In this document: in pieces, positions 50,316-59,382 of the stretch
Layout: each line of letters starts with the position of its first letter
How positions within the stretch are numbered: position 1 is the stretch's first letter
Assembly: GCF_002087085.1 (NCBI RefSeq)
Contig: NZ_MWQY01000015.1
Coordinates: 1 to 64,000, forward strand
Direction: 5' to 3'
Length of the DNA: 64,000 nt
Made by a program: the position numbers and the translations under genes
The notes under the pieces: generated by a model
Databases searched by the model: none
What the model was told of the DNA's origin: nothing
What the model saw: the letters and a program-made list of their open reading frames with translations, nothing else

Positions 50316-51629
50316 CTAACCGCCAAACGCCTGGGCTACAACCCTGGGAAGAAACAGTACGAAGTCGGGAACGAATGTAATGATGAGGAGGGATATACCC
50401 AGGGGTACATAGAAATACCGCATTTCTTTAAGCAGGCTGCGAAAGGAAATTTTGGCAATATCCATCATTATAAAAAGAATTATACCGAAAGGCGGTGTAA
50501 TGGCACCGATAAGCAGGTTCAATACCAGTATAACCCCGAAATGCACCGGATCGACTCCAAGCATCTGAATCAGGGGAAGCAGCGCCGGCACGGAGATGAA
50601 AAGGATGGCATTTGTTTCCAGAAAGCAGCCGACGATTAAAAGCATTATGTTGATCAGAATAAGCACGACAAATTTGTTTGTTGAGATTGAAAGTATAAAG
50701 TTCGCTATATGCATGGGCAGGTTGTTTGCCGCGATTATCCAGCCAATCGGAAATGCGGCCGCCATAATGAAGATCAGGACGCCGAAGGTTACCAGACTGT
50801 CAAGGGATGCTTCCTTGATCTCCTTTAAACCCAGTCGTTTGTTTATTACACCCAGTACAACAGCGTAAAATACGGCGATCGCTCCCAGTTCCGTGGGCGT
50901 GGCAAAACCAAAAAGTATTCCGAATACCAGGATCATGGGAGCGAGAAGTGCCGGTAATGCCATGACAAAAGAAAGGAAAATCTCTTTCAATGTACTGGCA
51001 GGTTCTACCGGAGTGTCAGCCCTGTTTGTCAGAGACATCCAATAGACAAGAAGCATCAGCAAAACACCCATCAATATCCCCGGGAGGATACCCGCCAGGA
51101 ATAATTCCCCCAGGGAAACCTGGGCCAGAACGGCATACAGTACCATGATTACACTGGGGGGAATGATCGGACCTATTATGGATGAGGACGCTGTAACAGC
51201 CGCTGCAAAGGGAGCTTTGTATCCTTTTTTCATCATCTGTTCAATCTCAATGGTCCCAAGCCCTGCAGCATCAGCCTGGGCAACCCCGGACATCCCGGCG
51301 AATACTATACTTGCAGCGATATTCACGTGCGCCAGACCGCCTCTGATGTGCCCGAACAGGGAAGTCGCAAATTTGAAGATTGATTCGGCGATGCCGGAGC
51401 GGTTCATCAAATTTCCTGCAAGAATAAATAAGGGCATTGCGAGCAGGGGAAAACTGTCCAAACCGGGAGACATGCGGCGTGCGAGTATTGTCAAAGAGAC
51501 CGGAATACCCTGGCCGGTAAAGAAATCAACTGCCAGATATCCAATAGAAGCTCCCATTAACGAGAACGCCACCGGGAACTCAAAAATCAATAATATCGCT
51601 GCGGTAAGTAAGAGAACTATAAGACTCAT
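50316..51629 (-). CDS. dctM: TRAP transporter large permease
   Basis: SFPLLA.P.FILAG.LM, GGLAHVNI, GPIIPPS, TPTE, DPVHFG, ITPP.G. Confidence 0.95.
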   Translation of the reverse strand: MSLIVLLLTAAILLIFEFPVAFSLMGASIGYLAVDFFTGQGIPVSLTILARRMSPGLDSFPLLAMPLFILAGNLMNRSGIAESIFKFATSLFGHIRGGLAHVNIAASIVFAGMSGVAQADAAGLGTIEIEQMMKKGYKAPFAAAVTASSSIIGPIIPPSVIMVLYAVLAQVSLGELFLAGILPGILMGVLLMLLVYWMSLTNRADTPVEPASTLKEIFLSFVMALPALLAPMILVFGILFGFATPTELGAIAVFYAVVLGVINKRLGLKEIKEASLDSLVTFGVLIFIMAAAFPIGWIIAANNLPMHIANFILSISTNKFVVLILINIMLLIVGCFLETNAILFISVPALLPLIQMLGVDPVHFGVILVLNLLIGAITPPFGIILFIMMDIAKISFRSLLKEMRYFYVPLGISLLIITFVPDFVLFLPRVVAQAFGG

Positions 51630-52144
51630 TGTTTTCCGCCCTCCAGCTTATAGGCCATGTAGTCGTTGAGCATTAAATAGGGGATAGTTATTATCATGGA
51701 GAATAAAGAGACCAGGAGAGGCAAAGAGAATACATAAAATCGAGGAATGAAGGGTATGGCAATGATATTACTCCGGGTTTCTATTGCGTACAGTCCGGGA
51801 GCGTTTTTTACAATTAAAAAGAGTATGAGCAGCATAAGGGAGTAGGATATTTCCGCAATGATCAGCTGTTTTCTGTAATCCAGTCTGAATAAGAAAGTGG
51901 AAATCTTGATATGCCGCTGATGTTTCGTACCTATGGCGGCCCCCAGAAAGGCCGCCCAGATAAAACCGTAGGTACAGAGTTCTTCGACCCATATCTGGGA
52001 TTTGTTCCAGAACGCCCGGGTCATTACCTGAAAGCAAATACTCAGTACAATGAAGGCGAGCAGTGTCAATCCAAAAAATTTCTCAATGGCTTCGATTCTG
52101 CCCAGCATTCGGTTGTATTTGCTTAAAAATTTATCCAATGTCAC
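51626..52144 (-). CDS. dctQ: TRAP transporter small permease
   Basis: 4 TM, QV..R, W.EEL, W..FLGAA, HI.I. GTG start. Confidence 0.9.
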   Translation of the reverse strand: MTLDKFLSKYNRMLGRIEAIEKFFGLTLLAFIVLSICFQVMTRAFWNKSQIWVEELCTYGFIWAAFLGAAIGTKHQRHIKISTFLFRLDYRKQLIIAEISYSLMLLILFLIVKNAPGLYAIETRSNIIAIPFIPRFYVFSLPLLVSLFSMIITIPYLMLNDYMAYKLEGGKQ

Positions 52145-52184
52145 TGTCGCCTTCCTTTATGAAAAATAGTTTCCTGCCTGTCCT

Positions 52185-53204
52185 TTATTCAGCCAGGTCG
52201 CGGACTTCCTGCCAGAGGCCCTTTCGCCATTCCCCGTCGTTTTCCATGGTTTCAACAGCGGAGGTACTCTTCTTTACAAACTCCTCCCGAGCTGCGGGAC
52301 TCAGTTCAATCAGAGTTGCACCTTCATCTACCATTTTGTCGATGGTTTCAATGGTACCTTCCTCAGCGACCTTACGTGCAAGGTTGGCTGCTTCCTGTCC
52401 TGCTTCCAGAAGTATTTTCTGATACTCCGGAGACAGGCTCTCGAAAAGCTCGTTATTCATGGAAACCTGGTAGGTGGAAACAAGATGGTTGGTCAAGGTC
52501 ACGTTGGGGCCGCTTTCATGGAATTTCGCACCGTAGGCTGCACCGATTGGGCCTTCAGCCGCTTCGATAAGTCCCGTTTTCATGCCGAGATATACCTCTC
52601 CCCAGGCCACGCGGTTCGGATTTGTTTCGAAGGTTTGCCACAGGAGCATATATGTTCTTATGTCCGGTACTCGCATTTTGAGACCTTTCAGATCATTCAG
52701 TTTACGTACAGGTTTTCTGGAAAACAGGATTCTGGGCTGTGTAGGAGCTATACCCAGGATTTTTATTCCGGCGTTTTCAATCAGTTCATTGCTGAGGGCT
52801 TCAAATGAACTGCTGTCGAAGAAACGCTGTACATGGTCATTATCATCGAAGGTAAATCCCCAGTTGAGGATGGCGAGATCCTTTACCCAGTTTGCATACC
52901 AGCCCGCGACATCTCCGTAGAACTGGACCGAACCTTCCATCATCTGTTCTATTACCTGAATATCATTACCCAATGATTCACCGGCAATGTGGTTTACAGT
53001 GATCATTCCGTTGGTTCGTTCCGTTACAAGCTTGCAGAAAAGTGCATTTGCGAGGTTGATCGGCGTTCCCAGGGAATCTGCTTCGCCGAAGGTCATAACG
53101 ATTTTTTCTTCCCCGGCTGCTCCGCTTTCTTTGGAGCCTTCTGCAACAAGCGTTGTCGAGAAGCATAGAAATACAATTAGTACTGCGAGTAAACCCTTCT
53201 TCAT
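52185..53204 (-). CDS. dctP: TRAP transporter substrate-binding protein
   Basis: Signal peptide, DLKGLKMRVP with the carboxylate-binding Arg, WGEVY.G...G..EA.E, TNH. Confidence 0.93.
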   Translation of the reverse strand: MKKGLLAVLIVFLCFSTTLVAEGSKESGAAGEEKIVMTFGEADSLGTPINLANALFCKLVTERTNGMITVNHIAGESLGNDIQVIEQMMEGSVQFYGDVAGWYANWVKDLAILNWGFTFDDNDHVQRFFDSSSFEALSNELIENAGIKILGIAPTQPRILFSRKPVRKLNDLKGLKMRVPDIRTYMLLWQTFETNPNRVAWGEVYLGMKTGLIEAAEGPIGAAYGAKFHESGPNVTLTNHLVSTYQVSMNNELFESLSPEYQKILLEAGQEAANLARKVAEEGTIETIDKMVDEGATLIELSPAAREEFVKKSTSAVETMENDGEWRKGLWQEVRDLAE

Positions 53205-53355
53205 GAGTTCCTCCTTATTGGATTTACGATAATTGTAGATTGGTTTATGTGAGTCATCCTCCGCAGTGATGAGAAGAAATTACAAAATAGTAAGCTTTTT
53301 GGTCTTTTTTTAAAAAAAGTTTAAAATGTTTAATTATAACAATAATAGTCTGAAA

Positions 53356-54219
53356 TTACAGTCCAATCGGAAAATAATGATGAGGACGGTAATGAAGGGG
53401 CTTCTCTCCAACGATTCGTCTGAAGGCTGAATAGAAACTGCTCAAGGTGGAAAAGCCGCAATCGAAAGCAATGTCCGCCACTTTCCTGTTGGTATGCATA
53501 AGCATTTTCTGGGCCTCGGAGATTCTCAGGAACAGAATAAAATCATTCAATGACATTCCGTATTTTCGTTTAAATAAAGAGATAAGATACTTGGGATGGG
53601 TATTGATGGCATCAGCGATCTTTTCTGCATCGAGATCAAAATCTCTGAAATTGTCAATAATATATTCACAGGCACGTTTAAACAGTTTTGTGGACTTTAC
53701 AGTTCCTTTACCATAGACAAGGTCCTGTAAAGAAAAATTGTTCGTCACTGGTGTTTTCCCGATATCCTCCAGAGTGCAACGTATCTGAGCGCATATGGAA
53801 AGCTGGGCCGCTTCACGTATTCTCTGGGAGGTATCGTTCAACTCCGCACTCCACAGGTAAAAAAGCGAGCTGTAGGCATTTACATGACGGTATATATCGG
53901 TGAGAATTAATCCATTCGTGAAGATATGACGAAATACCTGCGGGTTATCCACCCACTGGATGAACGAGGAAACCGGGACGCACATCCAGTACTGGGTCTG
54001 GTCAGGTTCAAGACTTTCGATGTAGTGAGGCATACCGCCCCAGAAGATCAGGAGTTTCCCCGGTTTTACCTCTATTTTCTGCCCCTGAAGTTCCAGATTG
54101 AAGGATCCTTTATCGACGAAAGTAATCTCGACCTCATTGTGACGATGGTAGTCGCCCCATTTGATTATGGGGGTGATCCCGCAATTGAAACCAAAATTAT
54201 ACTCTCGAATTTGGTTCAT
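53356..54219 (-). CDS. AraC family regulator with cupin domain (MelR-like)
   Basis: YHRHNEVEI, FWGGMPH, HPKY...LFK, DIAFDCGF..LSSFY.AF. Confidence 0.92.
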   Translation of the reverse strand: MNQIREYNFGFNCGITPIIKWGDYHRHNEVEITFVDKGSFNLELQGQKIEVKPGKLLIFWGGMPHYIESLEPDQTQYWMCVPVSSFIQWVDNPQVFRHIFTNGLILTDIYRHVNAYSSLFYLWSAELNDTSQRIREAAQLSICAQIRCTLEDIGKTPVTNNFSLQDLVYGKGTVKSTKLFKRACEYIIDNFRDFDLDAEKIADAINTHPKYLISLFKRKYGMSLNDFILFLRISEAQKMLMHTNRKVADIAFDCGFSTLSSFYSAFRRIVGEKPLHYRPHHYFPIGL

Positions 54220-54425
54220 ATACTCCCAGTGGATCGACAGATCCTGACGTTTGTGCTTCAGCTTCCTGTTGTGGTGATTGACCTAAATCAGTACCGGAAG
54301 TTGTGTCCTGCTGATGCTGAGTTAAGGATACAATAGGACTACACTTAGGGTGCATTGTTCTGCCTTTAAACAAGATTAGGATACAAGAATGCTGCTGTCA
54401 AGAAAATTATTACGTCTGGATGTAA

Positions 54426-54454
54426 TTGCGACTTTGTTCATCCCATTTTATACT
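54426..54454 (+). promoter_or_regulatory. sigma70 promoter of the epimerase gene
   Basis: TTGCGA-17-TATACT. Confidence 0.6.
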
Positions 54455-54480
54455 GTAGTTATTAGAAGAGGAGTAACACC

Positions 54481-55299
54481 ATGCGAATAGGCTGCTGTAC
54501 AAACATGCTCGCCAGAGAGGGCGATTCCGTCGGACAATGGGCGATCGAAGATATCGCGGACTTCGGCTACGAGTACCTGGACCTGCCGGTTGCCCAGATG
54601 ATGGAGCTGGACGATGGGGAATTCGGGAAGCTCAAACAGCGGATACAGGCTTCCGGTCTTGAATGTGAGGCCTGCAATAACCTGTTTCCGGCCTCCATTA
54701 AGATAACCGGGCCGTCGGTCGATCTTTCTGCGGTTCGAAACTACCTGGATACGGCAATCCGGCGTGTCGAGGAGCTGGGAGCCAAGCTTATCTGCTTCGG
54801 AAGCTCCGGTGCAAGGAATATTCCCGCAGGCTTCCCGGTGTCTGCCGCCTGGGAACAGATGGTCTCGATCTGCCGAATCATCGATGAGTATGTTTCTCCC
54901 GGGAACATTACAATCGTTATAGAGCCGTTGAACCGGGGTGAGAGCAACATAGTGAACAGTGCAGCCGAGGGGTATGAACTCAGCCGGGCCGCGGACAGGA
55001 AGTCGATCCAGCTGCTGGTGGACTACTATCATCTGGCCCTGGAGAACGAGTCGGTGGATATCATCCTGAAGGCCGGTAAATCGGTCCGCCATTGTCACAT
55101 CTCAAATCCTGATGGAAGAAGCTTTCCTTCCGGGAAGGACGGTGCGGTTTACGATGATTTCCTTCGTGCCCTGGGGAAAATCGGCTATACCGGACGACTC
55201 AGCGCGGAAGCCTTTACAAGTGATTTTACCCGGGATGGAAGGGAAGCTCTCCGCTTTCTGAAGGAGCGGACATCCCTTATAGAGGCCGGTGGGGCCTGA
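54481..55299 (+). CDS. Sugar phosphate isomerase/epimerase (xylose-isomerase-like TIM barrel)
   Basis: FGSSGAR, EPLNRGE.N, DYYH, HCHI and SAE metal-site pattern. Confidence 0.88.
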   Translation: MRIGCCTNMLAREGDSVGQWAIEDIADFGYEYLDLPVAQMMELDDGEFGKLKQRIQASGLECEACNNLFPASIKITGPSVDLSAVRNYLDTAIRRVEELGAKLICFGSSGARNIPAGFPVSAAWEQMVSICRIIDEYVSPGNITIVIEPLNRGESNIVNSAAEGYELSRAADRKSIQLLVDYYHLALENESVDIILKAGKSVRHCHISNPDGRSFPSGKDGAVYDDFLRALGKIGYTGRLSAEAFTSDFTRDGREALRFLKERTSLIEAGGA

Positions 55300-55304
55300 C
55301 GCTG

Positions 55305-56048
55305 TTACTCCCTGCGTTCTGTCAGGGGAAATGTGCTTTCCACCAGAGGAAGATAACGCTTAAAACCTTCGGCGTACTCTATTTTGCGTTTGGCCCAGTT
55401 GGAAGCCTGGAAGCCCCGATGGGCTGCAAAGTGTCTGTAATAGAAGACCAGCTGGGGCTGACAGGCAAAACGTTTAATCGCTTCCGCCTTGGTTTCGTAG
55501 GTCTCATCTATGTCGATATAGGTATCGGGACTGAAGTTGTTGAACTCCGACATAGGGACCGTACTCTCGAAAAAATATAAATTCGGAAAGTAGTGGGCCG
55601 GAGTGTCGGGAAAAGAACCGATCTGCGCGGCATTTGTTGCGGCCCGCACTACCGCCCGGGATGTTACCTGATGGTCAACATTTGTAGGATCCTCAAGCCA
55701 GTGGGTAAGGACGATTTCCGGACGGATGTCGAGGATACGCCTGGTCAGCATCCTGGTACGCTCCTCGTCAAAAATCAGAGGATAATCCCTGTATCCCCAG
55801 AACTCTATTTCCGCTCCCAGGAAGTCCGCGGCCGCCTGGGACTCCCTGTGCCTGATTCCCTCGCACTCCTCCACGCTGCCGCCGGGGCTGTTGTTCCAGT
55901 AACCCCCGGATTCGCCCCTGGCCCCGTAAGTCAGGGCTATAATGTGAACATTCCAGCCCTCTTTTACGTATTTTGCGATTGTTCCGCCGGCCCGGGTGCA
56001 GTAGTCTGCGGCATGGGCACTTATTACCAGCATGTCCGTTTTTCCCAT
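55305..56048 (-). CDS. PIG-L family protein, GalB (4-oxalomesaconate hydratase)-like
   Basis: SAHAAD...RAGG.IA, G.RGES...W, DYP, DP.N.DH, AEGF. Confidence 0.8.
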   Translation of the reverse strand: MGKTDMLVISAHAADYCTRAGGTIAKYVKEGWNVHIIALTYGARGESGGYWNNSPGGSVEECEGIRHRESQAAADFLGAEIEFWGYRDYPLIFDEERTRMLTRRILDIRPEIVLTHWLEDPTNVDHQVTSRAVVRAATNAAQIGSFPDTPAHYFPNLYFFESTVPMSEFNNFSPDTYIDIDETYETKAEAIKRFACQPQLVFYYRHFAAHRGFQASNWAKRKIEYAEGFKRYLPLVESTFPLTERRE

Positions 56049-56078
56049 GGTCTGCCTCCTTTCTGGTGTTGCATGGGC

Positions 56079-56107
56079 ATTATACTGTATTCCCTTCCGT
56101 GACGCAA
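56079..56107 (-). promoter_or_regulatory. sigma70 promoter of the GalB-like gene
   Basis: TTGCGT-17-TATAAT upstream of an AGGAGG SD. Confidence 0.65.
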
Positions 56108-56176
56108 TGAAGAACCGGCCCGGCAGGAACGATCCTGATGATCGGTACGTGCCGGGCAGCCTTTATGGATTTCTTT

Positions 56177-57853
56177 TCAGCCGACCCTGTTTATCGCGCT
56201 CAGAATTGCCTTGTAGGAGGCAAAGGTTATATCCGTATCGATTCCGGCGCCGAATACCCTTCGGTTGTCCCCGGTAATGACGGAAATATATGCCACCGCC
56301 TGGGCGTCGGCCCCTTCCTTGATGGCATGTTCATCGAAGGACTCAAACTGAAAGTCAAAATCCACATACTGTTTGAGGCCGTGAACGAATGCATCGATGG
56401 GACCGTTTCCCCGGCCTTCGATATCCAGTGCCTTTCCGTTTTTCAGGATTTTCCCCGTCACATTCGCCATATGCTTCCCGGAGGCTTTGTCTGTTTCCAT
56501 CCGAACATTTACGTCTTCGAGAGCGAAGGGCACGGTTGTATTCAGGTAGTTTTCTTCGAAGACTGCCCAGATCTCTTCCGGAACCAGCTCTTCTTCCCGT
56601 TTATCCGTCTCCTTCTGAATTAACAGACCGAATTCGGGATGCATTGCCTTGGGCAGGCTGAAGCCGAACTCGGTATCCATGATGTAGGCGACACCGCCTT
56701 TTCCCGACTGGGAGTTTATACGGACGATGGATTTGTAGGAACGTCCGACATCCCGGGGATCGATGGGCAGATAGGGAACATCCCAGATTTGTGATTCACC
56801 ATCCGTGCGGGCATGCATGCCTTTATTGATGGCATCCTGATGTGAACCGGAAAAGGCAGTGTATACAAGCTCGCCCACATAGGGATGCCGCGGATGAACA
56901 TCCATTCCGGTGCAGTAACGATAGACATCCCGAACATAGTTGATGTCGGTAAAATCGAGTCCCGGGTCAATTCCCTGGGAGAACATGTTCAATGCGATGG
57001 TCACCAGGTCGGCATTCCCCGTCCTCTCGCCGTTGCCGAAGAGCGTCCCCTCGACACGGTCCGCTCCCGCCAGGAGTGCAAGCTCCGTTGCGGCGATGCC
57101 GGTACCCCGGTCGTTGTGAGTGTGGAGGCTTACCTGCACGCTGTCTCTTTTATCCAGATGCCGGCACATCCATTCTATCTGATCGGCGTGAATATTCGGC
57201 GTGTGGGCCTCCACCGTTGCAGGCAGGTTTATTACCATCTGATGGTCCGGGGTCGGCTGCAGGACATCTATTACGGCGTTGCAGATCTCAGCGGCAAAAT
57301 CCATCTCGGTTCCGGTAAAGCTCTCCGGACTGTACTCATAACGGATTCCGGGATTTTCTTCGGCGTCTCCCAGCTCCTTCACCAGTCGTGCTCCGCTTAC
57401 CGCGATATCGATGATCTCTTTCCGGCTTTTTTTGAAAACCAGACGCCGCTGAGAAGTGGAGGTGGAGTTGTAAATATGTACAACGGCGTTTTTAACCCCT
57501 TTAAGGGAATCAAAGGTACGTCTGATCAGATGTTCCCTGGCCTGGACAAGGACCTGTACGGTAACATCCTCGGGAATGAGCTTGTCCTCGATCAGCTTCC
57601 GCATGAAATTGTATTCGATTTCAGCCGACGAGGGAAAGCCTACTTCAATCTCCTTGAAACCGATATCCGTCAGAAGTTTGAACATCATCAGTTTCTTTTC
57701 CATGTTCATGGGTACACTCAGTGCCTGGTTCCCGTCCCGCAGGTCGACGCTGCACCAGATAGGAGCTTTTTCAATAATTCTGTCCGGCCATGTTCTGTCC
57801 GGCAGGGGGATAGGCTCGTAACGCCGGTACTTGGTGTAATTCATGGTTTTCAT
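56177..57853 (-). CDS. leuA: 2-isopropylmalate synthase (yeast/actinobacterial-like LeuA subtype)
   Basis: WCSVDLRDGNQAL, EYSPESF, NLPATVE, HTHNDRG, GNGERTGN, AFSGSHQDAI.KG, RINSQSGKGG, GNGPI regulatory domain. Confidence 0.97.
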   Translation of the reverse strand: MKTMNYTKYRRYEPIPLPDRTWPDRIIEKAPIWCSVDLRDGNQALSVPMNMEKKLMMFKLLTDIGFKEIEVGFPSSAEIEYNFMRKLIEDKLIPEDVTVQVLVQAREHLIRRTFDSLKGVKNAVVHIYNSTSTSQRRLVFKKSRKEIIDIAVSGARLVKELGDAEENPGIRYEYSPESFTGTEMDFAAEICNAVIDVLQPTPDHQMVINLPATVEAHTPNIHADQIEWMCRHLDKRDSVQVSLHTHNDRGTGIAATELALLAGADRVEGTLFGNGERTGNADLVTIALNMFSQGIDPGLDFTDINYVRDVYRYCTGMDVHPRHPYVGELVYTAFSGSHQDAINKGMHARTDGESQIWDVPYLPIDPRDVGRSYKSIVRINSQSGKGGVAYIMDTEFGFSLPKAMHPEFGLLIQKETDKREEELVPEEIWAVFEENYLNTTVPFALEDVNVRMETDKASGKHMANVTGKILKNGKALDIEGRGNGPIDAFVHGLKQYVDFDFQFESFDEHAIKEGADAQAVAYISVITGDNRRVFGAGIDTDITFASYKAILSAINRVG

Positions 57854-57864
57854 TCTCTACCTCC

Positions 57865-57903
57865 AAAAAAAAATGCCATGGACCGTTTTTCGGCCCATGG
57901 CAT
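57865..57903 (-). terminator. Attenuator terminator upstream of leuA
   Basis: mRNA AUGCCAUGGGCCG-AAAAA-CGGUCCAUGGCAU with a 9-U run, immediately before the leuA SD (GGAGG). Confidence 0.9.
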
Positions 57904-57930
57904 GCAGGTTACCTCTTCAAGGTTCTGAAG

Positions 57931-58029
57931 CTAACTTCCACCTTGCAGGCTGCATGATCCGGGCCCTGTTCCCAGTAGGAGGAGAGCGAGTAGGGATAGC
58001 AGCAGGCTGCGCAGAAGGTTAATCTTCAT
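57931..58029 (-). CDS. leuL: leu operon leader peptide (32 aa, MKINLLRSLLLSLLALLLLGTGPGSCSLQGGS)
   Basis: 12 Leu codons, including 3 CTA, upstream of an antiterminator/terminator pair and leuA. Too short for the ORF track. Confidence 0.85.
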   Translation of the reverse strand: MKINLLRSLLLSLLALLLLGTGPGSCSLQGGS

Positions 58030-58039
58030 AGTAAAAACC

Positions 58040-58068
58040 AAAGTAGTGCATAATGCACAGTTATTCAA
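58040..58068 (-). promoter_or_regulatory. Promoter of leuL-leuA
   Basis: TTGAAT-17-TACTTT, 10 nt before the leader ATG. The spacer contains the palindrome gtgcat-a-atgcac (58046-58058). Confidence 0.55.
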
Positions 58069-58224
58069 GTAGAAATACTGTAATTCGCGAAAAAAATGAA
58101 TAAACATTACTGATTATTTTGATCGCAAAGACGAAAAATCTGCAAAAAATACAAAAACTGCAGGCGATTGTAATATTGTGCAGAAACTTCGTAATTCTCT
58201 ACAGCCGCCTCCCCTGGTTTTTGT

Positions 58225-58254
58225 TTGACAGCTCAGAATGGCCGACCCTATGAT
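58225..58254 (+). promoter_or_regulatory. sigma70 promoter of the second TRAP operon
   Basis: TTGACA-18-TATGAT. Confidence 0.6.
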
Positions 58255-58289
58255 TTTTTCAAGCGTTTAACTTTAATAAGGAGAGAAAA

Positions 58290-59297
58290 ATGAAACGTGT
58301 CCAGTTATTTCTTGTTCTTGTTGTTGCACTGATGCTTCTTCCCGCATCTGTCTTTGCAGGCGGGCAGGATGAAGCCGCTTCCTCAGGGAAGATCACTGTG
58401 ACCTTTGCCGGGACCGAGGCAGCCACCACAACCCAGAGTAAGATGATGCAGGCTGTGGCTGATGTTCTTAATGCCGATGGGCGCTTCGATGCTGAGGTCC
58501 TCGTTGCCGGCGCATTGTCCGGAGATACGGATGCTCTGGTAACCCAGGCTAAACTCGGGGTACCCCTTGTCGTTCCCTCGGATCCCGGTCGTCTTGCAAG
58601 CCAGTTCAATATCCCCGATATGAACATCCTTATGGCTCCCTACATTCTTACCGATCCGGCGGTTCTTGAAAAGCTGCCTGATACCGAGCTGTTCAAAACC
58701 TGGTCGTCTCAGCTCGAGAAGCAGGGCATTGTACTTATCGCCGACATGTACAACGGGTTTCGTAACTTCTATACCGTAGAGAAAGTAGAACATGTGGAAG
58801 ATCTTTCCGGAATGCGGATTCGAGGATTCGGTAATGATATCGGAAACGCCCTGGCAAAACACTTTGGCTTTGCGAATATCGCCATTCCCTTCGGAGAGGT
58901 TTTCCCCGCCATTCAGCAGGGCGCTCTTGACGGGACGGAAGTACAGGTATCAGCCGCGGCCGGAAATGCCTTCTGGGATGTTACACCGTATATTGCCATT
59001 ACAAAGCACTATATGCTTCAGACCGCCTTTGTCTGTTCCACCAGACTGCTTAATGGTATGCCCGATGATGCCAGGGAATTTTTCCTGAAAACCATCCGCG
59101 AAAAGGCCCTGGAATACGGAAAAACCGGCGAGGAAGCGGAAGACGGGCTGTACCAGAAGATGGCAGATAACGGTGTTACCATCACAGAAGTTGATCTAAA
59201 GGAGTTTCAGGACGCTATTGCTCCCCTCTATAAAAACAACGACCTGAAATTCTCTCCGGGTCTGAAGGAAAAACTCTTCGACCAGCTTGGTATGTAA
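58290..59297 (+). CDS. dctP: TRAP transporter substrate-binding protein
   Basis: Signal peptide ..FAGGQDE, NGFRNF, DLSGMRIR, FGEVF.AIQQGALDG.E, TKH. Confidence 0.93.
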   Translation: MKRVQLFLVLVVALMLLPASVFAGGQDEAASSGKITVTFAGTEAATTTQSKMMQAVADVLNADGRFDAEVLVAGALSGDTDALVTQAKLGVPLVVPSDPGRLASQFNIPDMNILMAPYILTDPAVLEKLPDTELFKTWSSQLEKQGIVLIADMYNGFRNFYTVEKVEHVEDLSGMRIRGFGNDIGNALAKHFGFANIAIPFGEVFPAIQQGALDGTEVQVSAAAGNAFWDVTPYIAITKHYMLQTAFVCSTRLLNGMPDDAREFFLKTIREKALEYGKTGEEAEDGLYQKMADNGVTITEVDLKEFQDAIAPLYKNNDLKFSPGLKEKLFDQLGM

Positions 59298-59314
59298 ATC
59301 ACAGGAGATTTCTC

Positions 59315-59346
59315 AGGGGGAGGATCCCGTGACCCTCCCCCTTTTT
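59315..59346 (+). terminator. Terminator-like hairpin between dctP and dctQ
   Basis: agggggagg-N10-cctccccct followed by T4. Confidence 0.6.
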
Positions 59347-59382
59347 GTAATACTTCCTTGCGCATCTTAATCGGGAGAATCT

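Noticed and set aside
56118..56157. Imperfect GC hairpin after leuA as a REP-family repeat shared with 49081-49106
   Set aside because: Only a short AAGAACCGG flank is shared. These are more simply independent terminator-like hairpins.
57931..58029. Leader ORF as a small secreted or lipoprotein
   Set aside because: The hydrophobic run is almost entirely Leu and is positioned over a terminator/antiterminator pair before leuA, which fits attenuation better.
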